Origin: Clostridia bacterium
GTDB taxonomy: Bacteria; Bacillota; Clostridia; Christensenellales; CAG-138
Assembly: GCA_036677445.1 (NCBI GenBank)
Contig: JAVBWI010000006.1
Coordinates: 15,462-79,461 of the forward strand
DNA length: 64,000 bases
Reading direction: 5' to 3'
Part shown: piece after piece, positions 26,370-34,708 of the stretch
Position numbering within the stretch: the stretch's first letter is position 1
Layout of the letters: each line of letters begins with the position of its first letter
Notes under the pieces: generated by a model
Told to the model about the DNA's origin: nothing
Database searches by the model: none
What the model saw: only the letters and a program-made list of their open reading frames with translations
Translations under genes and position numbers: made by a program

Positions 26370-26686
26370 GCAGCAGAAAAGAACCACAAACGATTCAGGC
26401 AGCCGCCCTGAAATATGAAGCGGGCAAACATTCAGCGCCATGCATCGTGGGCCTGGGCGAAGGGTATGTCGCGAAAAAGATGCTTGAGACTGCTGAAGAA
26501 AACCGTATACCGGTGGTCGAGGATCAGTCGCTTGTGGATATACTCAGTCATCTAAGCGTAGGCGACGAAATACCCGTGGAGTTATACCATGTAATCGCAC
26601 AGGTGCTTGCATTCATCGGCAGGCTGGACAACGAAACGGCCGGGCGCTATAAACTTGAGGATATTAAAAAGGAAAGACGCAGATGA
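26366..26686 (+). CDS. Stand-alone FlhB C-terminal-domain protein (YlqH / EscU-YscU-HrcU switch-domain family)
   Basis: QAAALKYEAGKHSAPCIVGLGEGYVAKKMLETAEENRIPVVEDQSLVDIL..ELYHVIAQVLAFI aligns residue for residue with FlhB 41025..42113 after its NPTQ site. It has no TM segments. Confidence 0.8.
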   Translation: MSSRKEPQTIQAAALKYEAGKHSAPCIVGLGEGYVAKKMLETAEENRIPVVEDQSLVDILSHLSVGDEIPVELYHVIAQVLAFIGRLDNETAGRYKLEDIKKERRR

Positions 26687-27687
26687 GTTCTCTCTCTATT
26701 GACCAGATGCTGCCATTGTTAGGAAATACGGAATACAAACCGACTGTACAGGACGCTTCGACATCGTTCGCGTCGCTGCTTTCGGCGCAGCTTGCCGCAA
26801 ACACAACGGAGAATACGGGGCTCGGAGGCGGGGTGTCGTTGGCATCGATGCTTTCGAATATGGCGTCGCTCATAGGGTCGGTGGATGGTGAAAGCGATCT
26901 CAAAGGCGCATTGATGATGTTTTGCATGATGGTGAGCTCGGGCGCCTCGGGCAGTTCGCTTGGCGCGGCAATGTCCAGCCTTTCGGCGGCGCTTTCTTCC
27001 GTATCCGGCGGCACATTTGAAAACCTTCGTTACGACATGCTTGCAAGCGGCTATGACAGACCCGTGCTCGAAAGGGTGAACGATACCTTCTTTAGCAACA
27101 GTACGGCGGAAGCAATTACGCCGTTTAGCGCTTCCAAGGCAGTCACGCCCGCGATTGCAAGCAGCCAGGGAAGCAGAAGCCCCGCGCTTTATCGCAGCGT
27201 CATCGATCAGTTTGATGTGAAAAACAATCCGCGCTACGCGGTGAACAAAAACGGCAACAATGATACCTATTGCAACATATTCCTGTGGGATGTAACGCGG
27301 GCGATGAATGCCGAGATACCCCATTATGTCGATCCCGCCACACTGGAGGCGCGTTCTTATCCGAATGTGAGCGGTGCAAAGGAACTCAATGCGAACGGCA
27401 TATACGACTGGCTGGCCCAAAAGGGCGCAAGCTACGGTTGGGTGCAGGTAAGTCCGGAACAGGCGCAGATGTATGCCAATCAGGGCAAGCCCGTGGTGAC
27501 CGCATGGAAGAACACAAGCGGCGGACACGGGCATGTACAGGTGGTGTGTCCCTCCAGCGACGGGCGGTATGATCCGGAGCGGGGTGTGACCATCGCGCAG
27601 GCCGGAAGAAGGCTTATGAACTATGCGCCGATCACCGATGTGTACAATGATAGCCTTTCCAGCGTCGTATATTATGCGCACGCCTAA
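26683..27687 (+). CDS. Hypothetical protein with C-terminal Cys/His papain-fold-like (CHAP/NlpC-P60-like) signature, tentative
   Basis: It has a Ser/Ala-rich N-terminal half. The C-terminal half carries NDTYCNIFLWDV (Cys197) and SGGHGHVQVVCP. Its start overlaps the previous stop (ATGA). Confidence 0.55.
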   Translation: MSSLSIDQMLPLLGNTEYKPTVQDASTSFASLLSAQLAANTTENTGLGGGVSLASMLSNMASLIGSVDGESDLKGALMMFCMMVSSGASGSSLGAAMSSLSAALSSVSGGTFENLRYDMLASGYDRPVLERVNDTFFSNSTAEAITPFSASKAVTPAIASSQGSRSPALYRSVIDQFDVKNNPRYAVNKNGNNDTYCNIFLWDVTRAMNAEIPHYVDPATLEARSYPNVSGAKELNANGIYDWLAQKGASYGWVQVSPEQAQMYANQGKPVVTAWKNTSGGHGHVQVVCPSSDGRYDPERGVTIAQAGRRLMNYAPITDVYNDSLSSVVYYAHA

Positions 27688-27722
27688 GAAAAGTAAAAAA
27701 TATGTACTTATGTGAATAAGCC

Positions 27723-27749
27723 TAAAGTCCGGCAGTGTTTTGACGATTA
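27723..27749 (+). promoter_or_regulatory. Sigma-28-like promoter candidate upstream of fliD
   Basis: TAAA-15 nt-GACGATTA, a 6/8 match to GCCGATAA, about 80 nt upstream of the fliD ATG. Confidence 0.4.
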
Positions 27750-27829
27750 TTATAATAACAGCTTTACGCTGCGGGCGGTTTAAAGGGATAACGGCTTTTC
27801 GTGCGTTGAAAAGGTAAGGAGTGAAAATC

Positions 27830-29356
27830 ATGTCATCTGTGAGCGAATTAAACAGGTCAATGCTGAGAATCACCGGGATTGCATCCGGGCTTGATACGGA
27901 ATCCATCGTCAACGACCTGCTCAAGGTGGACCAGTACAAGGTCGATAAACAGTTTAAGATCGCAACAAAGCTGGAGTGGAAGGGCGACGCTTACCGCGAG
28001 GTGAACCTGGCGCTCAAGAATTTCCGCGAGAAATATATGAGCGTATTAAGCCCGGATACGAACATGTACTCTTCTAACGCATACAAGGCATTTTCGGCGA
28101 CATTGAGTACGCAAACGAGCGCTGTGAGCATCACTGCGGGAAGTACGGCCACAGCGGGCTCCATGACGATCAATAAGATCACGCAGCTTGCCGCTTCGGC
28201 AACGATCAGCAGCAGTTCCGGTATGTTTACCGAAGGTACGATCAATTCCACGCTCAAAGAGGCGTTTGGCGAGGGTATGTTCGACGAAGAAGGGAACATC
28301 TCGTTCTCCATTAACGGCGAGGAATTCACTTTCAGTGAGGATACGACGATTGGGTCGATGGTTAGCACCATCAACTCCAATTCAAACGTCGGCGTGACCG
28401 TGAGTTTCAGCAGCCTGAAGAAGAATTTCACTTTCTCCGGAAAGGCAACGGGGGAAAGCAATACGTTTACAATCGTCAATTTGAGCGGTACCGCTTTTGC
28501 GGAGAGCGCGGACGACGCAGCCTTTAAAATTGCCGCCGGCACTTATAAAGGTAAAAACGCCAAATTACAGATTGAGGGGGTTGACGTGGAGAGATCCTCC
28601 AATACCTTCACGATCGACGGAATCACGTATTCATTAAAGGAATCCTCCGATTCGGAAATCAAGTTTAACATCGCGCGGGATATCGACTCAACTTACAAAA
28701 AAATCGTTGAGTTCATAGACGCGTATAATACGCTGATCGCAGATCTGCAGGCGAGAATTGATGAGAAAGTATACTCGGATTATAGCCCGCTCACCGAAAG
28801 CGAACGTGAGGAACTGACCGATACGCAGGCTACCCAATGGGAGGCGAAGGCCAAAAGCGGAATTCTAAAAGGGGACAGCGGAATCAGTACGCTGCTTCAG
28901 AATTTACGCAGCGCTTTTTACACAGCCGTAGCCGATACGGGGAAAAGCCCGGCAAGTATCGGGCTTAAGACAGGCGCGTATGCGACCACCGGCAAGATTG
29001 TCATAGATGAAAAACAACTGCGTACAGCGCTGGAAAATAATCCGGATGAAGTCGCAAAAATTTTCACAAATATCAGCACATCCACGGATGCCAAAACGAA
29101 GAACAGCGAGTCCGGCCTTGTGGTACGGCTGTCCAATGCGCTGAATCAGTATGTAGAGACGAGCACCAGCGTCACTCTCGCGAATAATGCCAACGCGATT
29201 ACGCAAGCGAATAACCGATTGGATCAGCTTGAGGACTGGCTGGCAAACAACGAAGAGAAATACTGGGCTAAATTTACGGCAATGGAGACCGCGCTTGCCT
29301 CATTAAACAGCCAGTCCAGTTGGCTCTCTTCTCTGTTGAGCGGCGTAAACGGCTGA
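27830..29356 (+). CDS. fliD: Flagellar filament capping protein FliD
   Basis: ITGIASGLDTESIVNDLLKVD at the N-terminus and a C-terminal coiled-coil region. AAGGAG lies 8 nt upstream of the ATG at 27830. Confidence 0.9.
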   Translation: MSSVSELNRSMLRITGIASGLDTESIVNDLLKVDQYKVDKQFKIATKLEWKGDAYREVNLALKNFREKYMSVLSPDTNMYSSNAYKAFSATLSTQTSAVSITAGSTATAGSMTINKITQLAASATISSSSGMFTEGTINSTLKEAFGEGMFDEEGNISFSINGEEFTFSEDTTIGSMVSTINSNSNVGVTVSFSSLKKNFTFSGKATGESNTFTIVNLSGTAFAESADDAAFKIAAGTYKGKNAKLQIEGVDVERSSNTFTIDGITYSLKESSDSEIKFNIARDIDSTYKKIVEFIDAYNTLIADLQARIDEKVYSDYSPLTESEREELTDTQATQWEAKAKSGILKGDSGISTLLQNLRSAFYTAVADTGKSPASIGLKTGAYATTGKIVIDEKQLRTALENNPDEVAKIFTNISTSTDAKTKNSESGLVVRLSNALNQYVETSTSVTLANNANAITQANNRLDQLEDWLANNEEKYWAKFTAMETALASLNSQSSWLSSLLSGVNG

Positions 29357-29410
29357 TGTGTTGTTGCGCTCTCAATACTTTGTTACTATATCACCGTCGG
29401 AGGAAGACGC

Positions 29411-29809
29411 ATGTACGCAATGAACAATGCTTTTCAGGCATATAAGCAACAGGGAATACTCACGGCCAATCCCGTCGAGCTGATCATACTGCTATATGAC
29501 GGATGCATCAAACAGTTGAAGATCGCAACGATGGCAATCGAAGAAAAAGAATACGAGCGTGCCAACGAAAGCATGCAGAAGGCGCAAAGAATTATAATGG
29601 AGTTATTGAACAGCCTGGATTTGCGCTATTCGATCGCCAAAGATTTGATGATGCTCTACGAATTTCTGATTCGGCAAATCATGGACAGCAATGCCGCCAA
29701 AAATGAGCAGAAGCTGGCGGATGTCATCCGCATACTCGGCGAGCTTCGCGAATCCTGGGTGCAGCTTTCCAAAAGCGGGATCAGCTCTGTTGCACAAATG
29801 GGGGAATAG
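29411..29809 (+). CDS. fliS: Flagellin-specific export chaperone FliS
   Basis: AYKQQGILTANPVELIILLYDG....A...I is typical of FliS. Length is 132 aa. Confidence 0.9.
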   Translation: MYAMNNAFQAYKQQGILTANPVELIILLYDGCIKQLKIATMAIEEKEYERANESMQKAQRIIMELLNSLDLRYSIAKDLMMLYEFLIRQIMDSNAAKNEQKLADVIRILGELRESWVQLSKSGISSVAQMGE

Positions 29810-29815
29810 AGTACG

Positions 29816-30253
29816 GTGGAACAAATAAGAGCGGCGCTTACGAAAACCAAACAAGAAAAACGCGATCTGCTTGCGCAGATGCTTTGCATTGCAAATATCC
29901 AGATGGCGAAGCTTGAGGAAGACGGTGCGGAAGCTTTCATGCAGTTGCTCAGTCAGCGAGAGCAGCTGATTCAACGCGTCGATCAGCTGGAGGAAACGAT
30001 ACACACACTTTCCTTGCAGTTGTCAAAAGAGCGTCAGGATGTTCTGCCCGAGGCTGATTCGGTCGACAGGGAGATACGGGATACGGTGGAAAAGATTTTA
30101 TCTCTTGACAAAGCGTGCAGCGCCGTGGCAAACGAAAAGCTTTTAAAGTACAAATCGGAATTCAAAAGTCTGAAAAAATCAGGTCAGCAACTCAATATAT
30201 ATGCGCAGTCATACGCTACGACCGGCGGCATTTATATAGATACAAAGAAATAA
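29816..30253 (+). CDS. FliT/FlgN-like flagellar chaperone (positional and compositional call)
   Basis: A 145-aa all-alpha, coiled-coil-like protein immediately after fliS, the fliT position in B. subtilis. It has a GTG start. Confidence 0.45.
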   Translation: MEQIRAALTKTKQEKRDLLAQMLCIANIQMAKLEEDGAEAFMQLLSQREQLIQRVDQLEETIHTLSLQLSKERQDVLPEADSVDREIRDTVEKILSLDKACSAVANEKLLKYKSEFKSLKKSGQQLNIYAQSYATTGGIYIDTKK

Positions 30254-30392
30254 TCTGTCGGTACTGGCATGTAATACGCGGGTATGCACTCCTGTAATGG
30301 TAAGGGTTTGTACGGTGCCTTGTATCGCTGATACTTTTGTAAAAAGAAAATCGAATTTATCGAGATATCAAAAATATCGGAGGTAATATACC

Positions 30393-30881
30393 ATGACATT
30401 GAACCAGGAGTTCTCGGAAGAACTGGAAGATACGCAGCACGGACGTTTTCTTACTTTTGCCTTGGGCGAAGAAACCTATGGAATTGAAATCAGGTATGTG
30501 ACGGAGATCATCGGCATACAACCGATCACGCCGTTGCCGGAAACAGCCGATTATATCAAAGGCGTCATCAACCTGCGCGGCAAAGTGATACCGGTGGTGG
30601 ATGTACGGCTGAAGTTTAAAAAGCCCGCCGTCGGCTATGACGACAGGACCTGTATTATTGTGATAGAAACGCAGGATATTTTCGCTGGCCTTATTGTCGA
30701 TAACGTAGCGGAAGTGGTTTTTATTGAAGATGAGGATATCGTGCCGCCGCCTTCCTACAGCACCGGCATACAGAACAGATATATCAGCGGTATCGGTAAA
30801 ACGGGCGGGAATGTAAAGCTTCTGCTGGATTGTGAACAGCTGTTTAAGGCCGATGAAGTACAGGCTTTGCTGAATATCTGA
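30393..30881 (+). CDS. cheW: Chemotaxis coupling protein CheW (paralog 1)
   Basis: [37 protein letters not shown] and GLIVDNVAEV are CheW motifs. Confidence 0.9.
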   Translation: MTLNQEFSEELEDTQHGRFLTFALGEETYGIEIRYVTEIIGIQPITPLPETADYIKGVINLRGKVIPVVDVRLKFKKPAVGYDDRTCIIVIETQDIFAGLIVDNVAEVVFIEDEDIVPPPSYSTGIQNRYISGIGKTGGNVKLLLDCEQLFKADEVQALLNI

Positions 30882-30985
30882 CGGAATACAGAACGTCTGA
30901 AGACGCTGCCGCGGTTGCGGAAGAGATTTCCGATCAAGCGGATTTGCGTAGAGAAATGGTCGGACAGCTCAAGATCATAGCATAG
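30881..30985 (+). pseudogene. 3'-terminal remnant of a methyl-accepting chemotaxis protein gene
   Basis: It translates to TEYRTSEDAAAVAEEISDQADLRREMVGQLKIIA*. This parallels the C-terminus of the intact MCP ([32 protein letters not shown]). It has no start codon or upstream body, and begins at the last base of the cheW stop. Confidence 0.55.
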
Positions 30986-31010
30986 AAAGTCAAACGAAAA
31001 CGATCATTTT

Positions 31011-31046
31011 AAGGGCAAGGTCTTGCGTGGCTTTGCCCTTTGTTTC
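31011..31046 (+). terminator. Intrinsic terminator after the mcp remnant
   Basis: AAGGGCAA-14 nt loop-TTGCCCTT followed by TGTTT. Confidence 0.7.
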
Positions 31047-31294
31047 CGCATGTAAATGTCCAAAATCCTTCGAATAATATACATTTTTTCACACAACTTG
31101 TTATTATGCCGGAATTGAAATGAACGATATATAGAATGTAGCGCTTTTTCGCCCTTTATAATAAATTTGATAAATGCGCGCTGCTGCCCTGTAAGTGTTC
31201 AGGCGGTGCGCGTACAAGGCGTGGAAGCAGTGTGGCGGAATGACATTTGTATAATCCGAATCCCTGGCCAACGAAAAATGTGAGGATGAGTGCC

Positions 31295-31747
31295 GTGAAA
31301 ATCAAGGATGTGCGTCAAATACCGGCCGGATCCCAAAGGATCGGCGGCATTGATGAAAAGAGGAGCACAGATGGCTTTGAGCAGGAGTTTCAGCGTCATA
31401 AGCATGATACAAGTACAGCGGAATACGAACGGTATATTCGCGAGCTGACACAAAAGATTCAGCGGCAAGGCGAACTGGTAAGCAACAAAGCGGATTTGGC
31501 GGAATTTCAAAAATACAGGGAGCTGATCAGCGAACTGCTCAATGAAACGGTCAGCAATTCGTATGCATTTTGCAAGACCAGCCAATTCGATGCAAGGGGC
31601 AGGCACAAGGTGTTTGCGCTTATTCGGAGGGTGAACAAACAGTTGGATGAGCTTGCGGCAGAGATACTCAAGCATGAAGCCGATACGATCAAGCTGCTGG
31701 CAATTGTGGATGACATTCGAGGGTTGCTTGTGGATCTGTTTTTTTAG
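31295..31747 (+). CDS. DUF327 (YaaR) family protein
   Basis: The coiled-coil-rich sequence ends ...LDELAAEILKHEADTIKLLAIVDDIRGLLVDLF, typical of DUF327 as I recall it. A GTG start (VKIKD) was chosen for the GAGGA 8 nt upstream. ATG 31286 is the alternative. Confidence 0.65.
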   Translation: MKIKDVRQIPAGSQRIGGIDEKRSTDGFEQEFQRHKHDTSTAEYERYIRELTQKIQRQGELVSNKADLAEFQKYRELISELLNETVSNSYAFCKTSQFDARGRHKVFALIRRVNKQLDELAAEILKHEADTIKLLAIVDDIRGLLVDLFF

Positions 31748-31806
31748 GTAATGGTTAAAAGACCGGCAATTACATTTCCTTACAGAACAGCGAAAGGGGT
31801 ATGCAT

Positions 31807-32313
31807 ATGGCATTGAGGCAGTTGAATGATACAGGGGAACTGGAAGACACGCAGCGGGGCCGCTATCTCACGTTTGCTTTAGGCGAAGAGATTTTTGGCA
31901 TCGAGATACGTCATGTACTCGAGATCATCGGTATTCTGCCAATTACCCGGCTGCCAGGCGCGCCGGATTATATCAAGGGTATCATCAACCTTAGGGGCAG
32001 AATCATACCCGTGGTGGATGTCCGGCTGAAATTCAAAAAACCTGCCGCCGCTTATGACGACAGAACCTGCATTATTGTGACGGAAACGCAGGATATCTCG
32101 GTGGGATTGATCATAGACCACGTGACGGAGGTCGTGACAATAGAAGATGAGGATATCGTGCCGCCACCGCAATATGCCGATGGACAGGCCCGCTACATTC
32201 AAGGCATCAGCAAGGCGGACGGCAAGGTGGTACTCCTGCTGGATTGCGTAACGCTTTTCAGCGAAGAGGCGGAAGCCCATTCGCATACACCAAGAAAGGA
32301 GGGTGTACTGTGA
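31807..32313 (+). CDS. cheW: Chemotaxis coupling protein CheW (paralog 2)
   Basis: [37 protein letters not shown] and [10 protein letters not shown]. It is roughly 65-70 percent identical by eye to paralog 1. Confidence 0.9.
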   Translation: MALRQLNDTGELEDTQRGRYLTFALGEEIFGIEIRHVLEIIGILPITRLPGAPDYIKGIINLRGRIIPVVDVRLKFKKPAAAYDDRTCIIVTETQDISVGLIIDHVTEVVTIEDEDIVPPPQYADGQARYIQGISKADGKVVLLLDCVTLFSEEAEAHSHTPRKEGVL

Positions 32314-34268
32314 AGAAGCTTAACGTGAGTTTCAAGGCAAAGATCGTAATCGGCTTTCTCATCGTAGCATTGCTTGTTGCGGCGGCGGGAGCGCTGGGGA
32401 TCAATAACCAAATGGATATGGCGCGGCGAAACCAGGCGATGTACGAAGACTCTATCAAGCCGCTGATGATGGTCTCGAACGCTTCGCAATTATGCCAAAA
32501 AAGCAGAATTGCGCTGGGCAACGCGGTGCTGGGCAATGACGGACTGCACAGGATGAAGCAGGTTGAAGAACTAAACGTGCAGCTGCAATCTCTCAAAACA
32601 CAGCTTCAGATGCTTTCGGACCAGTTTGGCGGAGAGGAGTATGAAATCGTCTCCACCGTTATGCAGTCTGCGGAAGCATACGAGGCGGCGTTTGGAAACA
32701 GTACGGAGCTAGCAAAGCTGGGGGCCGTTGCTGCAAGCGACCTGCTGCTGGAGGCGGACACGTTGGCGGCGAATATTCAGTCCGGCCTTATGTCGCTGGA
32801 GGTTCGGCTGAACAATAGGGCGATCGAGAATTATAATCTTGCAAATGCTTCGACCCAAAGAGCGAAGGTTTATCTGGTGGCGCTGATAGCGGTCGGCGTA
32901 GTGTTGTCCGTGATCATGGGGATATCCATTGCGCGCATGATTATAAAGCCCATCCGGGAGGCTTCCGCGCAACTGGAAAAGGTTGCGGCAGGCGACATGC
33001 AGGGCGATATGAACGCAGCCATTTTCAAGAGCGAATTCAAAGTGATTGGATCGGATCTCCAACGGGTACGGGGTTCGCTGAATTTGCTGCTTGAACAAGT
33101 ACAGCATCTTTCCAATGCAGCTATCGAGGGCAGACTTTCCGAACGGGCGGATACACAGGAGCTTCGGGGCGAATACCGTGAGATCGTAGAAGGCATCAAC
33201 CACACGCTTGACGCTATCATAGCGCCTATCACTACTGCTACGGATGTGATGAACATTATGTCGGACGGTGAGTACAACATAAGCGTGGAGGGCGATTTCC
33301 AGGGTGATCATGCGATTATCAAGAATGCGCTGAATTCCTCAATTGATACAATAAACAGATGCTTTGGGGAAATCAATGCAGTACTCAACAAAATTGCGCA
33401 GGGCGATATGCGGACCGGGATTACTTCGCAGTTCCCCGGTAACTTTGTAAAGATTCAACAAGCCATTAATGCGATTATTACCTCGCTCAACGGCGTGCTT
33501 TCGGATATTGCAGGCGCCTCGGAACAGGTCGCGTCCGGCAGCAAGCAGGTATCGGACAGCAGCCAGACGATATCCAATGGTGCAAATACACAGGCATGCG
33601 CGCTCGAACAGCTTACGGCATCCATCACGCAGATTGCAGAGCAAACCAAGCAAAACGCTGTAAATGCCAATAAAGCCAACGAGCTTTCCATTTCCGCAAG
33701 AGAAGATGCGCTCACGGGCAACGAACGGATGAAAGGCATGCAAATTGCCATGACGGAGATCGACGATGCGTCAAGAAGCATTTCCAAAGTGATCAAAGTC
33801 ATCGACGACATTGCATTCCAAACCAACATACTTGCGCTCAACGCCGCGGTGGAAGCCGCAAGGGCGGGTATGCACGGCAAAGGTTTTGCCGTAGTAGCCG
33901 AGGAAGTTCGAAACCTGGCCATAAGGAGCGCGAAGGCTGCGCAGGAGACGACCGAGCTCATAGAAAGATCGATTAAAAAAACAAGCGCAGGTACGAAAAT
34001 TGCGGATGAAACAGCGCTTGCGCTGACGAATATCGTAAACAGCGTGGAACGGGCGGTAGAACTTGTGGGTGATATCGCCAAGGCATCCAACGAGCAGGCG
34101 GCGGCAATTGCGCAGATAGACAACGGAATCACACAGATGTCAGAGATCGTACAGACCAATTCCGCCATTTCCGAGGAAACAGCGGCCGCGGCCACAGAGC
34201 TTTCGGATCTGGCGGAGCTGTTGAAGGAAAAGGTCGGGCAGTTCAAGCTGCAGTCTTATGAAATCTGA
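32310..34268 (+). CDS. Methyl-accepting chemotaxis protein
   Basis: The GTG start has AAGGAGGG upstream and overlaps the cheW stop (GTGA). There is an N-terminal TM sensor region. The signalling hairpin is [39 protein letters not shown]. Confidence 0.9.
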   Translation: MKKLNVSFKAKIVIGFLIVALLVAAAGALGINNQMDMARRNQAMYEDSIKPLMMVSNASQLCQKSRIALGNAVLGNDGLHRMKQVEELNVQLQSLKTQLQMLSDQFGGEEYEIVSTVMQSAEAYEAAFGNSTELAKLGAVAASDLLLEADTLAANIQSGLMSLEVRLNNRAIENYNLANASTQRAKVYLVALIAVGVVLSVIMGISIARMIIKPIREASAQLEKVAAGDMQGDMNAAIFKSEFKVIGSDLQRVRGSLNLLLEQVQHLSNAAIEGRLSERADTQELRGEYREIVEGINHTLDAIIAPITTATDVMNIMSDGEYNISVEGDFQGDHAIIKNALNSSIDTINRCFGEINAVLNKIAQGDMRTGITSQFPGNFVKIQQAINAIITSLNGVLSDIAGASEQVASGSKQVSDSSQTISNGANTQACALEQLTASITQIAEQTKQNAVNANKANELSISAREDALTGNERMKGMQIAMTEIDDASRSISKVIKVIDDIAFQTNILALNAAVEAARAGMHGKGFAVVAEEVRNLAIRSAKAAQETTELIERSIKKTSAGTKIADETALALTNIVNSVERAVELVGDIAKASNEQAAAIAQIDNGITQMSEIVQTNSAISEETAAAATELSDLAELLKEKVGQFKLQSYEI

Positions 34269-34284
34269 ACCCAAATATCACGTC

Positions 34285-34553
34285 GATAAACCCCTTGGTG
34301 ATTCGGGGGCCACGGCCCCCGGAGGCTTCCAACCGCCGCCAGCGACATGCGCGGTGGTGGCGGAAAGCCTTGCGGCGCAAGGCTTTCCTTGCAGGAACAA
34401 CCGGTCCTCGGCGGGAGACGCCTCGGACACTAGGCCTGCGGGCCGTCGCCGTCACCGTAGGCACAGGGTGTTCCTGTAATCCTCGAAAAAGTGCCTCATA
34501 AGGCACTTTTCGACAAGTTTGGCACTTGGCGGTATAGCCGCCAAGTGCCTTTT
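34285..34553 (+). repeat. Structured intergenic element, copy B (candidate ncRNA or 3'UTR element ending in its own terminator)
   Basis: It has the same four conserved blocks as copy A. It adds hairpins GGGGGCC-ac-GGCCCCC and GGAAAGCCTTGC-ggc-GCAAGGCTTTCC, and a 63-nt insertion inside the CAGGAACAACC/GGGTGTTCCTG helix. It ends with the terminator GGCACTTGGCGG-tata-GCCGCCAAGTGCC-TTTT (34521-34553). Confidence 0.7.
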
Positions 34554-34708
34554 GGCCGTAACAACGATATTCTAATTTTCGGCATACGCGTATCCGGGCG
34601 TATCCTGTCAAAATCCATATCATGCTTAATCGAAAAAACACGATATAAATATAAAGGCAATATACAAAGGAATGGTTAATCGTGGAAGACGTTACAAAAG
34701 GCAGAGAC

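Noticed and set aside
26719-27939. 406-aa ORF antisense to the 26683..27687 gene and the fliD 5' region
   Set aside because: It spans an intergenic promoter region and two plus-strand genes. Its composition is Arg/His/Cys-rich and junk-like. The plus-strand genes are translationally coupled within a consistent operon.
30340-30366. Sigma-28-like promoter upstream of cheW paralog 1 (TAAA-N15-ATCGAGAT)
   Set aside because: Only 4 of 8 matches in the -10 element, which is too weak to report as a feature. The same applies to 31104-31130, 34620-34646 and 50412-50438.
34258-34501. Two overlapping Arg-rich small ORFs (73 and 68 aa) inside element B
   Set aside because: They are not conserved in copy A because indels shift the frames. 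Neither has an SD, and the extreme Arg/Pro/Ala composition is what a GC-rich hairpin region produces.
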